Origin: Elainellaceae cyanobacterium
GTDB lineage: Bacteria; Cyanobacteriota; Cyanobacteriia; CAZCXK01
Assembly (NCBI GenBank): GCA_051117555.1
Contig: JBNPEG010000116.1
Span: 21,423 to 60,656 of the forward strand
Reading direction: 5' to 3'
Length of the DNA stretch: 39,234 nucleotides
Numbering within the stretch: the first letter of the stretch is position 1; each line of letters begins with the position of its first letter. The translations under genes were made by a program, and so were the position numbers. The notes under the pieces were generated by a model. It searched no databases, was not told the origin of the DNA, and saw only the letters and a list, made by a program, of their open reading frames with translations. Shown here piece after piece: positions 25,313-33,316 of this stretch.

Positions 25313-26056
25313 ATGGTTGAAACGGTTCAGATATGGCTCTACGAGCTTAGTCAATTTGCAGATCAGCTTGTAGAGAGCCAGCTTGATCACCTCAGTGTTG
25401 TGAGTGTCGGCATCATTTTTTTGGCGGGCTTGCTCACGAGCCTGACCCCCTGCATGCTCTCGATGTTGCCGATTACGATTGGCTATATTGGCGGCTATGA
25501 AACCAAAAGCCGAATTCAAGCTGCCGCCCAATCGGCATGGTTTTCATTGGGGTTGGCAACCACATTAGCTGGATTAGGGATTTTAGCGGCGATCGCCGGA
25601 CGAGTGTACGGGCAAATTGGTATTGGTCTACCGATCATCGTCAGCATCATTGCCATTCTGATGGGGCTTAATCTGCTCGAAGCCCTGCCCCTTCGCTTGC
25701 CATCGCTGGGTGGCATGGAATGGATTTCGAACGACCTCCCTGAAGGCGCCCGATCGTATCTGATCGGATTAACCTTTGGACTGGTCGCATCACCCTGTAG
25801 CACACCCGTTCTGGCGACTCTGTTAGCTTGGGTATCTACAACAAAAGATCCCCTTCTAGGAAGTATTTTGCTCGCCTCCTACACCGCGGGATATGTTGCG
25901 CCTCTAGTGCTAGCTGGAACATTTACTGCATCCATCAAAAAACTTCTTGAATTTCGACGCTGGTCGGGTTGGATCACTCCAGCGAGCGGTGCTATTTTAG
26001 TTGGGTTTGGCGTATTTTCGCTGCTGTTTCGCCTCGTTCCAACCGCTAGTTTTTAA
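25313..26056 (+). CDS. ccdA: Cytochrome c biogenesis protein CcdA (DsbD transmembrane-like)
   Basis: Two redox Cys motifs (SLTPCMLSMLP, ASPCSTPVL) and multiple TM helices. Alternative TTG start at 25301 has AGGAG upstream. Confidence 0.92.
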   Translation: MVETVQIWLYELSQFADQLVESQLDHLSVVSVGIIFLAGLLTSLTPCMLSMLPITIGYIGGYETKSRIQAAAQSAWFSLGLATTLAGLGILAAIAGRVYGQIGIGLPIIVSIIAILMGLNLLEALPLRLPSLGGMEWISNDLPEGARSYLIGLTFGLVASPCSTPVLATLLAWVSTTKDPLLGSILLASYTAGYVAPLVLAGTFTASIKKLLEFRRWSGWITPASGAILVGFGVFSLLFRLVPTASF

Positions 26057-26138
26057 GCACTCGATTTAAAGCAACGATTCTAAGACCGCAATTCATGTCC
26101 ACGCATTAAAACCAACTTTTTATCATCCGCTTAATTCA

Positions 26139-27572
26139 ATGACCTCAGACCCCTCCAACCCGACGAATCGATTAAGCTGGAGCCATCACCTTCGGCAATA
26201 TTTTAGACAAGACCTATTGCCGTTGCTCGCAGATTTACGGCTGGCGATTCTTTTGCTGCTGGCGATCGCCCTATTTAGCATCTCAGGAACCGTCATCGAG
26301 CAAGGGCAATCCGTCCAGTTTTATCGAGAGAATTATCCTGAACAGCCTGCCCTATTTGGATTTCTGACGTGGAAGGTGATTCTCATTGCAGGGCTGGATC
26401 ACGTCTATCGCACCTGGTGGTTTTTGGCGCTCTTGATTTTATTTGGGGCTAGCCTCACCGCCTGCACCTTCACTCGCCAGTTGCCGACGCTCAAGTCTTC
26501 TCGAAACTGGAAATTTTATGGCCAGCCTCGTCAATTTCAAAAACTTGCCCTAAGCGCCGAATTGGATACGGGGTCTCCCGATTCGCTCGCCACCCTGCTT
26601 GATAAAAAAGGGTATCGAGTCTTTCAAGATGCAAACAAGCTTTATGCCCGGAAAGGACTTGCAGGTCGCATCGGTCCCATCGTCGTTCATGCCAGTATGT
26701 TAATCATCCTGACTGGAGCAATCATTGGGGCGATGACTGGATTCTTCGCCCAAGAAATAGTTCCGAGCGGTGAAACCTTTCAAGTCAGAAATATTTTTGA
26801 TGCGGGACCGTGGGCAGCCGCTCAGATTCCCACCGATTGGTCAGTCCGGGTCAATAAATTTTGGATTGACTATACGCCCGAAGGCACCATTGACCAATTT
26901 TACTCCGACCTGTCTGTGTTGAATCTCGATGGGGAAGAACTCGATCGCAAAACAATTCACGTGAATGAGCCCTTACGCCACGACGGAGTGACTCTCTATC
27001 AAGCAGATTGGGGAATTGCCGCTATTCGCGTCAAGTTGAATGATAGCCCCGTGCTTCAGTTGCCAATGGCACAAATCGATGCAGGCGTACCTGGACGCAT
27101 TTGGGGAACTTGGATTCCGACCAAACCCGATTTGAGTGACGGCGTTGCAGTCGTTGCCAAAGACTTGCAAGGGATGCTGTTGGTTTACGATACGTCTGGC
27201 AAACCCGTTGCGACCGTTCGCGAAGGAATGTCTACCGAGGTCAACGGAGTCACCCTATCTCTGGTTGAACTCGTCGGCAGCACCGGGCTTCAAATCAAAG
27301 CCGATCCGGGAATCCCGGTGGTGTATACCGGCTTTGGACTGCTGATGGTAGGGGTCTTGATGAGCTACGTGTCTCACTCTCAGATTTGGGCGCTCCGCCA
27401 GGGAGACAAGCTATACGTTGGCGGGAGAACCAATCGAGCTCAAGTTGTCTTTGAGCGAGAAACCCTAGGAATCTTGGATGAACTCAGTGCAGTACCCGAT
27501 GAGTCAGGGTTTCAACCGTCAGATGACCTTGGGATACCGGATCAAAGCAATTCACCTAGCGCAGTGTCTTGA
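26139..27572 (+). CDS. ccs1: Cytochrome c biogenesis protein Ccs1/CcsB (ResB family)
   Basis: [45 protein letters not shown] and GLQIKADPG. Confidence 0.94.
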   Translation: MTSDPSNPTNRLSWSHHLRQYFRQDLLPLLADLRLAILLLLAIALFSISGTVIEQGQSVQFYRENYPEQPALFGFLTWKVILIAGLDHVYRTWWFLALLILFGASLTACTFTRQLPTLKSSRNWKFYGQPRQFQKLALSAELDTGSPDSLATLLDKKGYRVFQDANKLYARKGLAGRIGPIVVHASMLIILTGAIIGAMTGFFAQEIVPSGETFQVRNIFDAGPWAAAQIPTDWSVRVNKFWIDYTPEGTIDQFYSDLSVLNLDGEELDRKTIHVNEPLRHDGVTLYQADWGIAAIRVKLNDSPVLQLPMAQIDAGVPGRIWGTWIPTKPDLSDGVAVVAKDLQGMLLVYDTSGKPVATVREGMSTEVNGVTLSLVELVGSTGLQIKADPGIPVVYTGFGLLMVGVLMSYVSHSQIWALRQGDKLYVGGRTNRAQVVFERETLGILDELSAVPDESGFQPSDDLGIPDQSNSPSAVS

Positions 27573-27594
27573 GCCGCAATCTTGCGACGGGTGA

Positions 27595-27690
27595 TATAAC
27601 GCCCTACGGGCTTAGGTTTGTGTGGTGAGCCCCCGTGGCGCGGAGGCTCACCACACGTCCAACATCCTGACGCTAGAGCGTATGGCTATA
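27595..27690. repeat. REP/MITE-like element with central GC-rich hairpin
   Basis: GTGTGGTGAGCCCCCG-TGGCG-CGGAGGCTCACCACAC (27620-27656, 15/16 paired). Ends TATAAC...GCTATA. Confidence 0.55.
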
Positions 27691-27836
27691 CTGAGCCTAA
27701 TGCCGTTCGGTTTTTGAAGTTTTTGCTGGGCGATCGCCTCAGATTTTGGGTTTCTTTAATCTTTGATTGCCCCAGCAGGACAAATTTTTCGTCAGTATAG
27801 AAGAAACTCAATCGCACCACTTACTTACACAACATT

Positions 27837-27932
27837 ATGGAATCTGGTGAACTCTTTACATTGATTGCACTCCTCACGCCAGGGCTGATGCTGTCCATCT
27901 TGGTCATGGCGGTCTTCGCAGCAGGCGGTTGA
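27837..27932 (+). CDS. 31-aa single-TM microprotein (not in the ORF track)
   Basis: Translates as MESGELFTLIALLTPGLMLSILVMAVFAAGG*, with an uninterrupted hydrophobic stretch and an A/C-rich leader. Confidence 0.72.
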   Translation: MESGELFTLIALLTPGLMLSILVMAVFAAGG

Positions 27933-27967
27933 TGGCTTAGATCGCAAGGATTGTGCGAATTGGGACT

Positions 27968-28070
27968 ATACCAATTCTTCGAAGTAAGACTATAAATGAA
28001 CAGGCTAGAGCTCTTGCAAGGCGGGTGGCCGTCAATCCAAAATCGCAAATCTAAAATCGAGAATTGGTAT
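27968..28070. mobile_element. 103-bp MITE-like element with TIRs and internal heptamer array (copy 1)
   Basis: Perfect 11-bp TIRs ATACCAATTCT (27968-27978) and AGAATTGGTAT (28060-28070). Contains AATCCAA AATCGCA AATCTAA AATCGAG. Confidence 0.65.
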
Positions 28071-29389
28071 TAGCTGCTGCTTGGTCCGCTACTGCGAGGT
28101 TTTCGATCAAGCAAGGCAGCTTCTTCTAAGGCTACTTTCTCCTTAGCCCGACGCGCATAGGGTTGTAGATGCTCTAGGTCAACCCCCGTTAAGATGCTGA
28201 GATTTTCTAACGTCATACCCCGCATGAGCATTTCTACACACCAGGTTTGATGTGCTTGGGCGATCGCCGGAGGTTGCCCCTCGGGTGTTAATAAGCCTTC
28301 AATCCACATATGCCAGTGCTGACGAATGGTTGCATCTGACATCGGCTGATTCTCATCGATAAACATGGCTGAATGGTCATCTTTGCGGCTCTTTAACCAT
28401 TTGGTCAACGGGTTGTTGGTATACGAGCCATAACGCTTGCCCAAGATCCATTGGTTTACAGGAACTTGGCGTTTACCGCTCGGAGTCGTTACTTGTAATA
28501 CGTGCTGATGAGCATCACAAATCTGATGGGATCGCTGCAGCCCAGCTAATTCACCCGGCAACAGCCCCGCCCCGAAGAGGACATAGGCAAGCGCATAATC
28601 TTGAGGATTTGACTTGCGAGCATTTCGCAAAATCGTATGAACAAGGGTAGCAGGCAGGTCTAGGACATTTTGGTTTAACTGCTCCCTTGAATCTGCATCT
28701 GACAAGTCTGCTAATAAATGGTAACTCTCCCCTTTCAGCGGTGAAGAATTAGAGTTGATTAGTGGGTCTGTTTGGGACACGGTTGAGAAAGGCGAAAACG
28801 CACCGTTCGAAAATAGACGGGTTACCTGATCTAGAAATTCATCTCGATTTGACCAAAGTTGGTGAGAATCACTCGTGAATTCAACGATGGCATAGCCTAG
28901 CAAAATCGCATTCAACAAACTGGCAAATGTCTCAGAGTCGAGATGAGGCGCGAGGTGTTCTTGCTGAATGACATCCGCCAGAAATTTGGCGACACGACGA
29001 TTCGCTTCGGTCAATCCACGTCCGATTGCCTGTCGATTTTCTGGCGGATATTGGTCTGCTTCCCCAATGACTGACCTGACAAATTCTGGCATCCGATCAA
29101 GCGTTTTCAGGCATGAGCGAGCATATTCTTTGAGCATCTGATTCGCATCACCCGATACATTAATCCGCTGGATCAGAACCTCTGCCAAATTTGTAAACGT
29201 CGGCGATTCTTCGATAACGGCCAAAAATAATCCATATTTATTTCCAAAGTTGCGAAAGAGCGTCACTTCATTAACTCCCGCTAAGTTCGCAATTTGCCGA
29301 GTCGTCGTGCTGCTAACTCCCTGAGAGACAAATAATTCTAGGGCAGCTTGAATGAGCCGTTGGCGGGTTGACGTGGATTGAGCAGACAT
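28070..29389 (-). CDS. TetR/AcrR regulator fused to a degenerate tyrosine-recombinase-like C-terminal domain
   Basis: TetR HTH (TRQRLIQAALELF...TTRQIANLAGVNEVTLFRNFGNK). C-terminal box I-like QDYALAYVLFGAGLLPGELAGL and box II-like AQAHQTWCVEMLMRGMTLENLSILTG..LQPY. ATG at 29389. Confidence 0.85.
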   Translation of the reverse strand: MSAQSTSTRQRLIQAALELFVSQGVSSTTTRQIANLAGVNEVTLFRNFGNKYGLFLAVIEESPTFTNLAEVLIQRINVSGDANQMLKEYARSCLKTLDRMPEFVRSVIGEADQYPPENRQAIGRGLTEANRRVAKFLADVIQQEHLAPHLDSETFASLLNAILLGYAIVEFTSDSHQLWSNRDEFLDQVTRLFSNGAFSPFSTVSQTDPLINSNSSPLKGESYHLLADLSDADSREQLNQNVLDLPATLVHTILRNARKSNPQDYALAYVLFGAGLLPGELAGLQRSHQICDAHQHVLQVTTPSGKRQVPVNQWILGKRYGSYTNNPLTKWLKSRKDDHSAMFIDENQPMSDATIRQHWHMWIEGLLTPEGQPPAIAQAHQTWCVEMLMRGMTLENLSILTGVDLEHLQPYARRAKEKVALEEAALLDRKPRSSGPSSS

Positions 29390-29412
29390 AAAGCGTAATG
29401 ATGCAAACAACA

Positions 29413-29481
29413 TGCAAGTGATACTTGCACAAGCGTATCAGACTTGTTAGGATTGCAAATGTAAGTGATACTTGCATTTGC
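29413..29481. promoter_or_regulatory. Two palindromic operator-like boxes in the divergent TetR/desaturase promoter
   Basis: TGCAAGT-GAT-ACTTGCA (29413-29429) and GCAAATGTAAGT-GAT-ACTTGCATTTGC (29455-29481) share the core AAGTGATACTTGCA. Confidence 0.75.
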
Positions 29482-29516
29482 GTTAGAAACAGGCTGTTGC
29501 CTATAAAGGAATTTGT

Positions 29517-30377
29517 ATGAACTCACCCTTTGTGATAAAAGCCTCAGGCGATGAATCTTCTCTAAAACTGAGTTGGATCAGCGTTGCCTTCTTCGGCGCG
29601 TTTCATGCGTTAACGGTATTGGCTCCTTGGTTTTTCTCGTGGTCTGCACTGGGGGTCATGCTGTTACTGCACTGGCTTTTTGGAGGAATCGGCATCTGCC
29701 TGGGATATCATCGGATGCTGAGCCATCGGAGTTTTCGGGTGCCTCGATGGCTAGAGTATGCGATCGCCATTTGTGGAGCCCTCGCCATTCAAGGCGGACC
29801 GATCTTCTGGGTCAGCGGACATCGCCAGCATCATGCCTATACCGAAGATGTCGAAAACGATCCCTATTCTGCCAGGCGTGGATTTTGGTGGAGCCATGTT
29901 CTCTGGATTCTCTATCCTCAACCTAAGGCATTTGACCAAAAATGCTATAGCAAATACGCCCCTGATTTGATGCGTCAGCCTTTCTATCGGTGGCTCAACC
30001 GCAACTTTTTGTTGCTGCAAGTGCCACTAGCAGTCCTGCTGTATGCGATCGGTGGATGGTCATTTGTCATTTACGGTATTTTCGTCCGGGCAGTCTTTTT
30101 GTGGCATTCAACCTGGTTTGTCAATTCTGCGACTCATAAGTGGGGATATCGCACATTCGCTGCTGACGATAACGCTCGCAACCTGTGGTGGGTGTCCCTC
30201 ATGACCTATGGGGAAGGCTGGCACAATAATCACCATGCGTTTCCTCGCTCGGCACAAACGGGCTGGCGTTGGTGGGAAATCGATGTGACGTGGTGGACAA
30301 TTCGGCTTTTAGAAAGGCTCGGCCTCGCTAAAAAGGTCGGCGTCATTCCAGTCAAACGCGACAAGCAGCCTGTTTAG
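29517..30377 (+). CDS. desC: Delta-9-type acyl-lipid/acyl-CoA fatty acid desaturase (DesC-like)
   Basis: Three His boxes (GYHRMLSH, HRQHH, GEGWHNNHH), plus GFWWSH, WFVNSATH and WWEIDVT. AAGGA RBS. It may be a paralog rather than the primary desC. Confidence 0.88.
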   Translation: MNSPFVIKASGDESSLKLSWISVAFFGAFHALTVLAPWFFSWSALGVMLLLHWLFGGIGICLGYHRMLSHRSFRVPRWLEYAIAICGALAIQGGPIFWVSGHRQHHAYTEDVENDPYSARRGFWWSHVLWILYPQPKAFDQKCYSKYAPDLMRQPFYRWLNRNFLLLQVPLAVLLYAIGGWSFVIYGIFVRAVFLWHSTWFVNSATHKWGYRTFAADDNARNLWWVSLMTYGEGWHNNHHAFPRSAQTGWRWWEIDVTWWTIRLLERLGLAKKVGVIPVKRDKQPV

Positions 30378-30447
30378 AACCTATCCAAAACCTCGTTAGA
30401 GTTTATGGAATCCAAAGCCCCTGACGGGGTTTTCGGATAGGCACTTA
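30375..30447. repeat. Long imperfect inverted-repeat element between convergent desaturase and sfsA
   Basis: CCTATCCAAAACCTCGTTAG (30380-30399) pairs with CTGACGGGGTTTTCGGATAGG (30421-30441). It begins at the desaturase TAG. Confidence 0.6.
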
Positions 30448-30518
30448 TATCAACTCTCGATTCTGGATTTGCGATTCTGGATTTGCGATTTTCGATTGAC
30501 AGCCACCCGCCTTGCAAG
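30446..30518. mobile_element. Partial inverted copy of the 27968-28070 element with six NNNGATT heptamers (copy 2)
   Basis: The reverse complement reads CTTGCAAGGCGGGTGGCTGTCAATCGAAAATCGCAAATCC...AATCGAGAGTTGATAT, matching 28013-28070. Confidence 0.65.
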
Positions 30519-30542
30519 TTTTAGATGGACTCAGTCTCATGG

Positions 30543-31280
30543 CTACAGAGTTTGCGACTCCAAGCAAAGCGGGGCCAAGCCGAGATATCGAATCCCGTCA
30601 GGGGTGACATCAAATCGGCAGGGGAGCACCTCAACCCCTTTGGCGATCGCATCTCTCAGCAACCGCCCATATTTGGGATCGGCACTGTCTCCCGGTGAAA
30701 AATGAGTACAATCGCCTCGATTGATGTAATACAGCATGACGGCTCTTGCGTTAGGGCGCAGTGCCATTAGCTCAAGGAGGTGCTTTTGCCCTCGCGTTGT
30801 CACCGTATCCGGAAACAGTGCAAGTGTCCCTTGCACCCAAGTCGTGTTCTTGACTTCTAAATACAGGGGAAGCTGATTCTCCCCGGTTAACAAAAAGTCA
30901 ATTCGACTCTTACTATTTGCGCCGTATGCTACCTCCTGGCGGATGTTATGGTAGCACGCTAGCTCAGGAAATAAGGACGCCTGAAGCGCCGATTTAATCA
31001 CTCGATTGGGAAGCGCTGTATTCACTCCAACCCAGGTGGGCTCTGTGTCGGTTGCCTCAATCAATTCCCAGGTATAGGCAAGCTTACGTTTTGGGTTAGT
31101 GCTATGCGAAACCCGAACTCGGCTACCGACCTTGCATACGCCTGTCATTGGTCCAGTATTAGGACAATGGGCGGTAATCGTTTCTCCTGAATCAAGCTGA
31201 ATATCGGCAAAGAACCGTTTATATCGCTTAAGCAATATACCAGGATAGAGCGTGGGATACGGATAATGCCAATCAGTCAT
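30543..31280 (-). CDS. sfsA: DNA/RNA nuclease SfsA (sugar fermentation stimulation protein)
   Basis: KRYKRFFAD, AHCPNTGPM, SRIDFLL, LEVKNTT and FPDTVTTRGQKHL. ATG at 31280 overlaps the GNAT stop (ATGACTGA). Confidence 0.95.
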   Translation of the reverse strand: MTDWHYPYPTLYPGILLKRYKRFFADIQLDSGETITAHCPNTGPMTGVCKVGSRVRVSHSTNPKRKLAYTWELIEATDTEPTWVGVNTALPNRVIKSALQASLFPELACYHNIRQEVAYGANSKSRIDFLLTGENQLPLYLEVKNTTWVQGTLALFPDTVTTRGQKHLLELMALRPNARAVMLYYINRGDCTHFSPGDSADPKYGRLLRDAIAKGVEVLPCRFDVTPDGIRYLGLAPLCLESQTL

Positions 31281-31818
31281 GAGAGGGATGCTTGAGTTCA
31301 AAGAGGCTAAGGTTGATGCCGTAATATCGGGTTGTGCAACCTTTAGGAATCATACCAAGCCGCTGAGCAACGTGAATGGATGCTGTATTTTCAGGGTTTG
31401 CAACGGCATAGATGACGGGCAATTTAAGCTGATAAAACCCATAGTCAAGCGCCATTCGCCCGCCTTCAGTCGCATACCCGTTTCCCCATGCCGATTTTTT
31501 CAGATGCCAGCCCACTTCCCAGTCTGAAGTGGGGCGCTGATTTCCGTCGGGCAATCGTTTTAAGATAATTGTTCCAACTAAGACTTGTTTTGATTTGTCA
31601 AAAATTGCCCAAAATCCGCTGCCATCATTGAGTTGAATAATCTGATTAGCCCGGTTGCGAAGTGCCGCTTGCATCGATTCGACACTCCCTTGGGTTGCGC
31701 CATTGCCGATATAGCGCATCACGTCTGGATCACCATAAATCTCAAACGCTTGCTCAGCCTCAGTGTCAGGATTCCAGTCTCGAAGAATGAGGCGATCGCT
31801 CTCGGCTACGATGGTCAT
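31273..31818 (-). CDS. GNAT N-acetyltransferase (RimJ/RimL type)
   Basis: SDRLILRDW, EVGWHL, WGNGYATEG and NTASIHVAQRLGM. Confidence 0.92.
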   Translation of the reverse strand: MTIVAESDRLILRDWNPDTEAEQAFEIYGDPDVMRYIGNGATQGSVESMQAALRNRANQIIQLNDGSGFWAIFDKSKQVLVGTIILKRLPDGNQRPTSDWEVGWHLKKSAWGNGYATEGGRMALDYGFYQLKLPVIYAVANPENTASIHVAQRLGMIPKGCTTRYYGINLSLFELKHPSHD

Positions 31819-31857
31819 TCGTTAGTGGGATTGGTGAGGGTGACAATACATTCCGGG

Positions 31858-33102
31858 CTAAACTATATCACCTAGGCGATCGCGGCTTTCTTTTATTTTT
31901 AACAATCTTAGAAACGTTCGCCAGTTGAGCGCCTTTTGCTGCATTCGCTGCTTGAGATCGGTTGCGGCTGTCGTCAATCCGCCATCAGCTCCGTCAATAA
32001 AATGAACCTGTCGCCCATTACGTTCAAATACCAAGCATGTCATCAACACGCGATCGGACACATGCAGTCCGTAAACCAATTCTCCGGAGCGATATCGCTC
32101 GTCTAAATAGAGGCTGAGTTGCTGACTCTGGGACGAATTACCAGAAATAATCATTCTCAGCGTATCGTCAAATTTCTGATAATCTGTCGCAGCCACGACG
32201 CATGTGGGATATGCTCCCCAATCGGTGTCACCCAAGACCAGCTTAAAGCGCATGAAAACAGCACCCAGAAGGTTTTCAAGCCAAATCCGGCAGAGATAGG
32301 TAAAGCGCTTTAATGCGCCTTGCGAAACGGTGCGGACATTAACCTCAGTCGAAAGTTTGTGGGGATCAAACGTCAATTTTAGGTGCTGGCTGGCAAGAGG
32401 ATGAAAATTTTCGCTCGTTCCATAGATGCGTTGAATCGTTGCCAACAGGTCTCGATAGGTCTGATCAGCCCAGCGGCTGTGGGCGATCGCCACCACATGC
32501 AGGCTTACCACTTCGTCATGGGCAGCTTGAATATCTTGCCAGCGACATTCTAATCCTGAAAAATCAGCCTTAGAGAAAGGGTGAGGCTTTTGAAGCCGAC
32601 CCCCCGCTGAAATGCCATGTTCTTTAACGATTTCGGTGGCGTAGGTCAACCCACCGCCCTTAAACATGGCCTGATAATAGTGATCAGACACTTTGAGTTT
32701 TGCAATTTTAAGGCTGTAGCCTTTTTCTACTATCGTAGAAACCGGAATCGTGCCAATTCTGAGTTCAAGTTTGAATCGTGACCACGCCATGTGCTGATTT
32801 GCCAGCAGAGTTTCTTGAGCAGCCTCAAATAGCGACGGGGGAATCAAAATTGCTGCGCCGTCTCCCCCAAATACAAACGGCAACTCGATGTCACGGTTGA
32901 GGTTGAGCATCGACACGATCGAACAGGCCCCTAACATGTTGATATCTTTGTAACGTCCCTCGGCGATCGCCTGGGTTGATCCAACCACGTCAGTAATGAC
33001 GATGTACCAACTATTTGGAACGGAGACAAAGCGTTGAGGGTCTGTAATTTCGATCAGTGCACTCAGCGGTTTTAGTCTGGAATAAAAGTGATCGGTCAGC
33101 AT
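31858..33102 (-). CDS. DUF3095 family protein (nucleotide-cyclase-like palm motifs)
   Basis: VITDVVGST..I..GRYKDIN, PFVFGGDGA, GLECRW, KFDDTLRM and HFIDGADGG. Confidence 0.8.
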   Translation of the reverse strand: MLTDHFYSRLKPLSALIEITDPQRFVSVPNSWYIVITDVVGSTQAIAEGRYKDINMLGACSIVSMLNLNRDIELPFVFGGDGAAILIPPSLFEAAQETLLANQHMAWSRFKLELRIGTIPVSTIVEKGYSLKIAKLKVSDHYYQAMFKGGGLTYATEIVKEHGISAGGRLQKPHPFSKADFSGLECRWQDIQAAHDEVVSLHVVAIAHSRWADQTYRDLLATIQRIYGTSENFHPLASQHLKLTFDPHKLSTEVNVRTVSQGALKRFTYLCRIWLENLLGAVFMRFKLVLGDTDWGAYPTCVVAATDYQKFDDTLRMIISGNSSQSQQLSLYLDERYRSGELVYGLHVSDRVLMTCLVFERNGRQVHFIDGADGGLTTAATDLKQRMQQKALNWRTFLRLLKIKESRDRLGDIV

Positions 33103-33215
33103 TGGGGCAGCCTGAGGAGGATGAGCAAATGTCTCAATAACATCTCAATAACAATGGCTTCAGTTTGGGCAACCCTGATCTCTGAATTGATTTGTGAATT
33201 GTTGGCGTGGACGTT

Positions 33216-33316
33216 ATACCATTTTGGATTTTGGATTTTAGATTTTGGATTGCGGAAACTTGATGAAGCGACGATTTTGCTCCATCATCGGTCGCATCCT
33301 GGCTCTAAATTGGTAT
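33216..33316. mobile_element. 101-bp MITE-like element of the same TIR family with heptamer array (copy 3)
   Basis: ATACCATTTTGGA... and ...TCTAAATTGGTAT (11/13 inverted match). Internal TTTTGGA TTTTGGA TTTTAGA TTTTGGA. Confidence 0.55.

Noticed and set aside
27869..27880. ACTCCTCAC resembling the Yfr1 sRNA core (ACTCCTCACAC)
   Set aside because: Imperfect match, no flanking terminator hairpin, and it lies in-frame within the 31-aa ORF.
27821..28048. 75-aa minus ORF, and similar ORFs 30469-30705 and 33088-33339
   Set aside because: They begin in or run through the heptamer repeats (FWI/DF runs) or lie antisense to better genes, so they are repeat-derived artefacts.
28070..29389. Active integrase or prophage marker
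   Set aside because: The catalytic Arg and HxxR are missing, and there is no att-tRNA or phage gene nearby.
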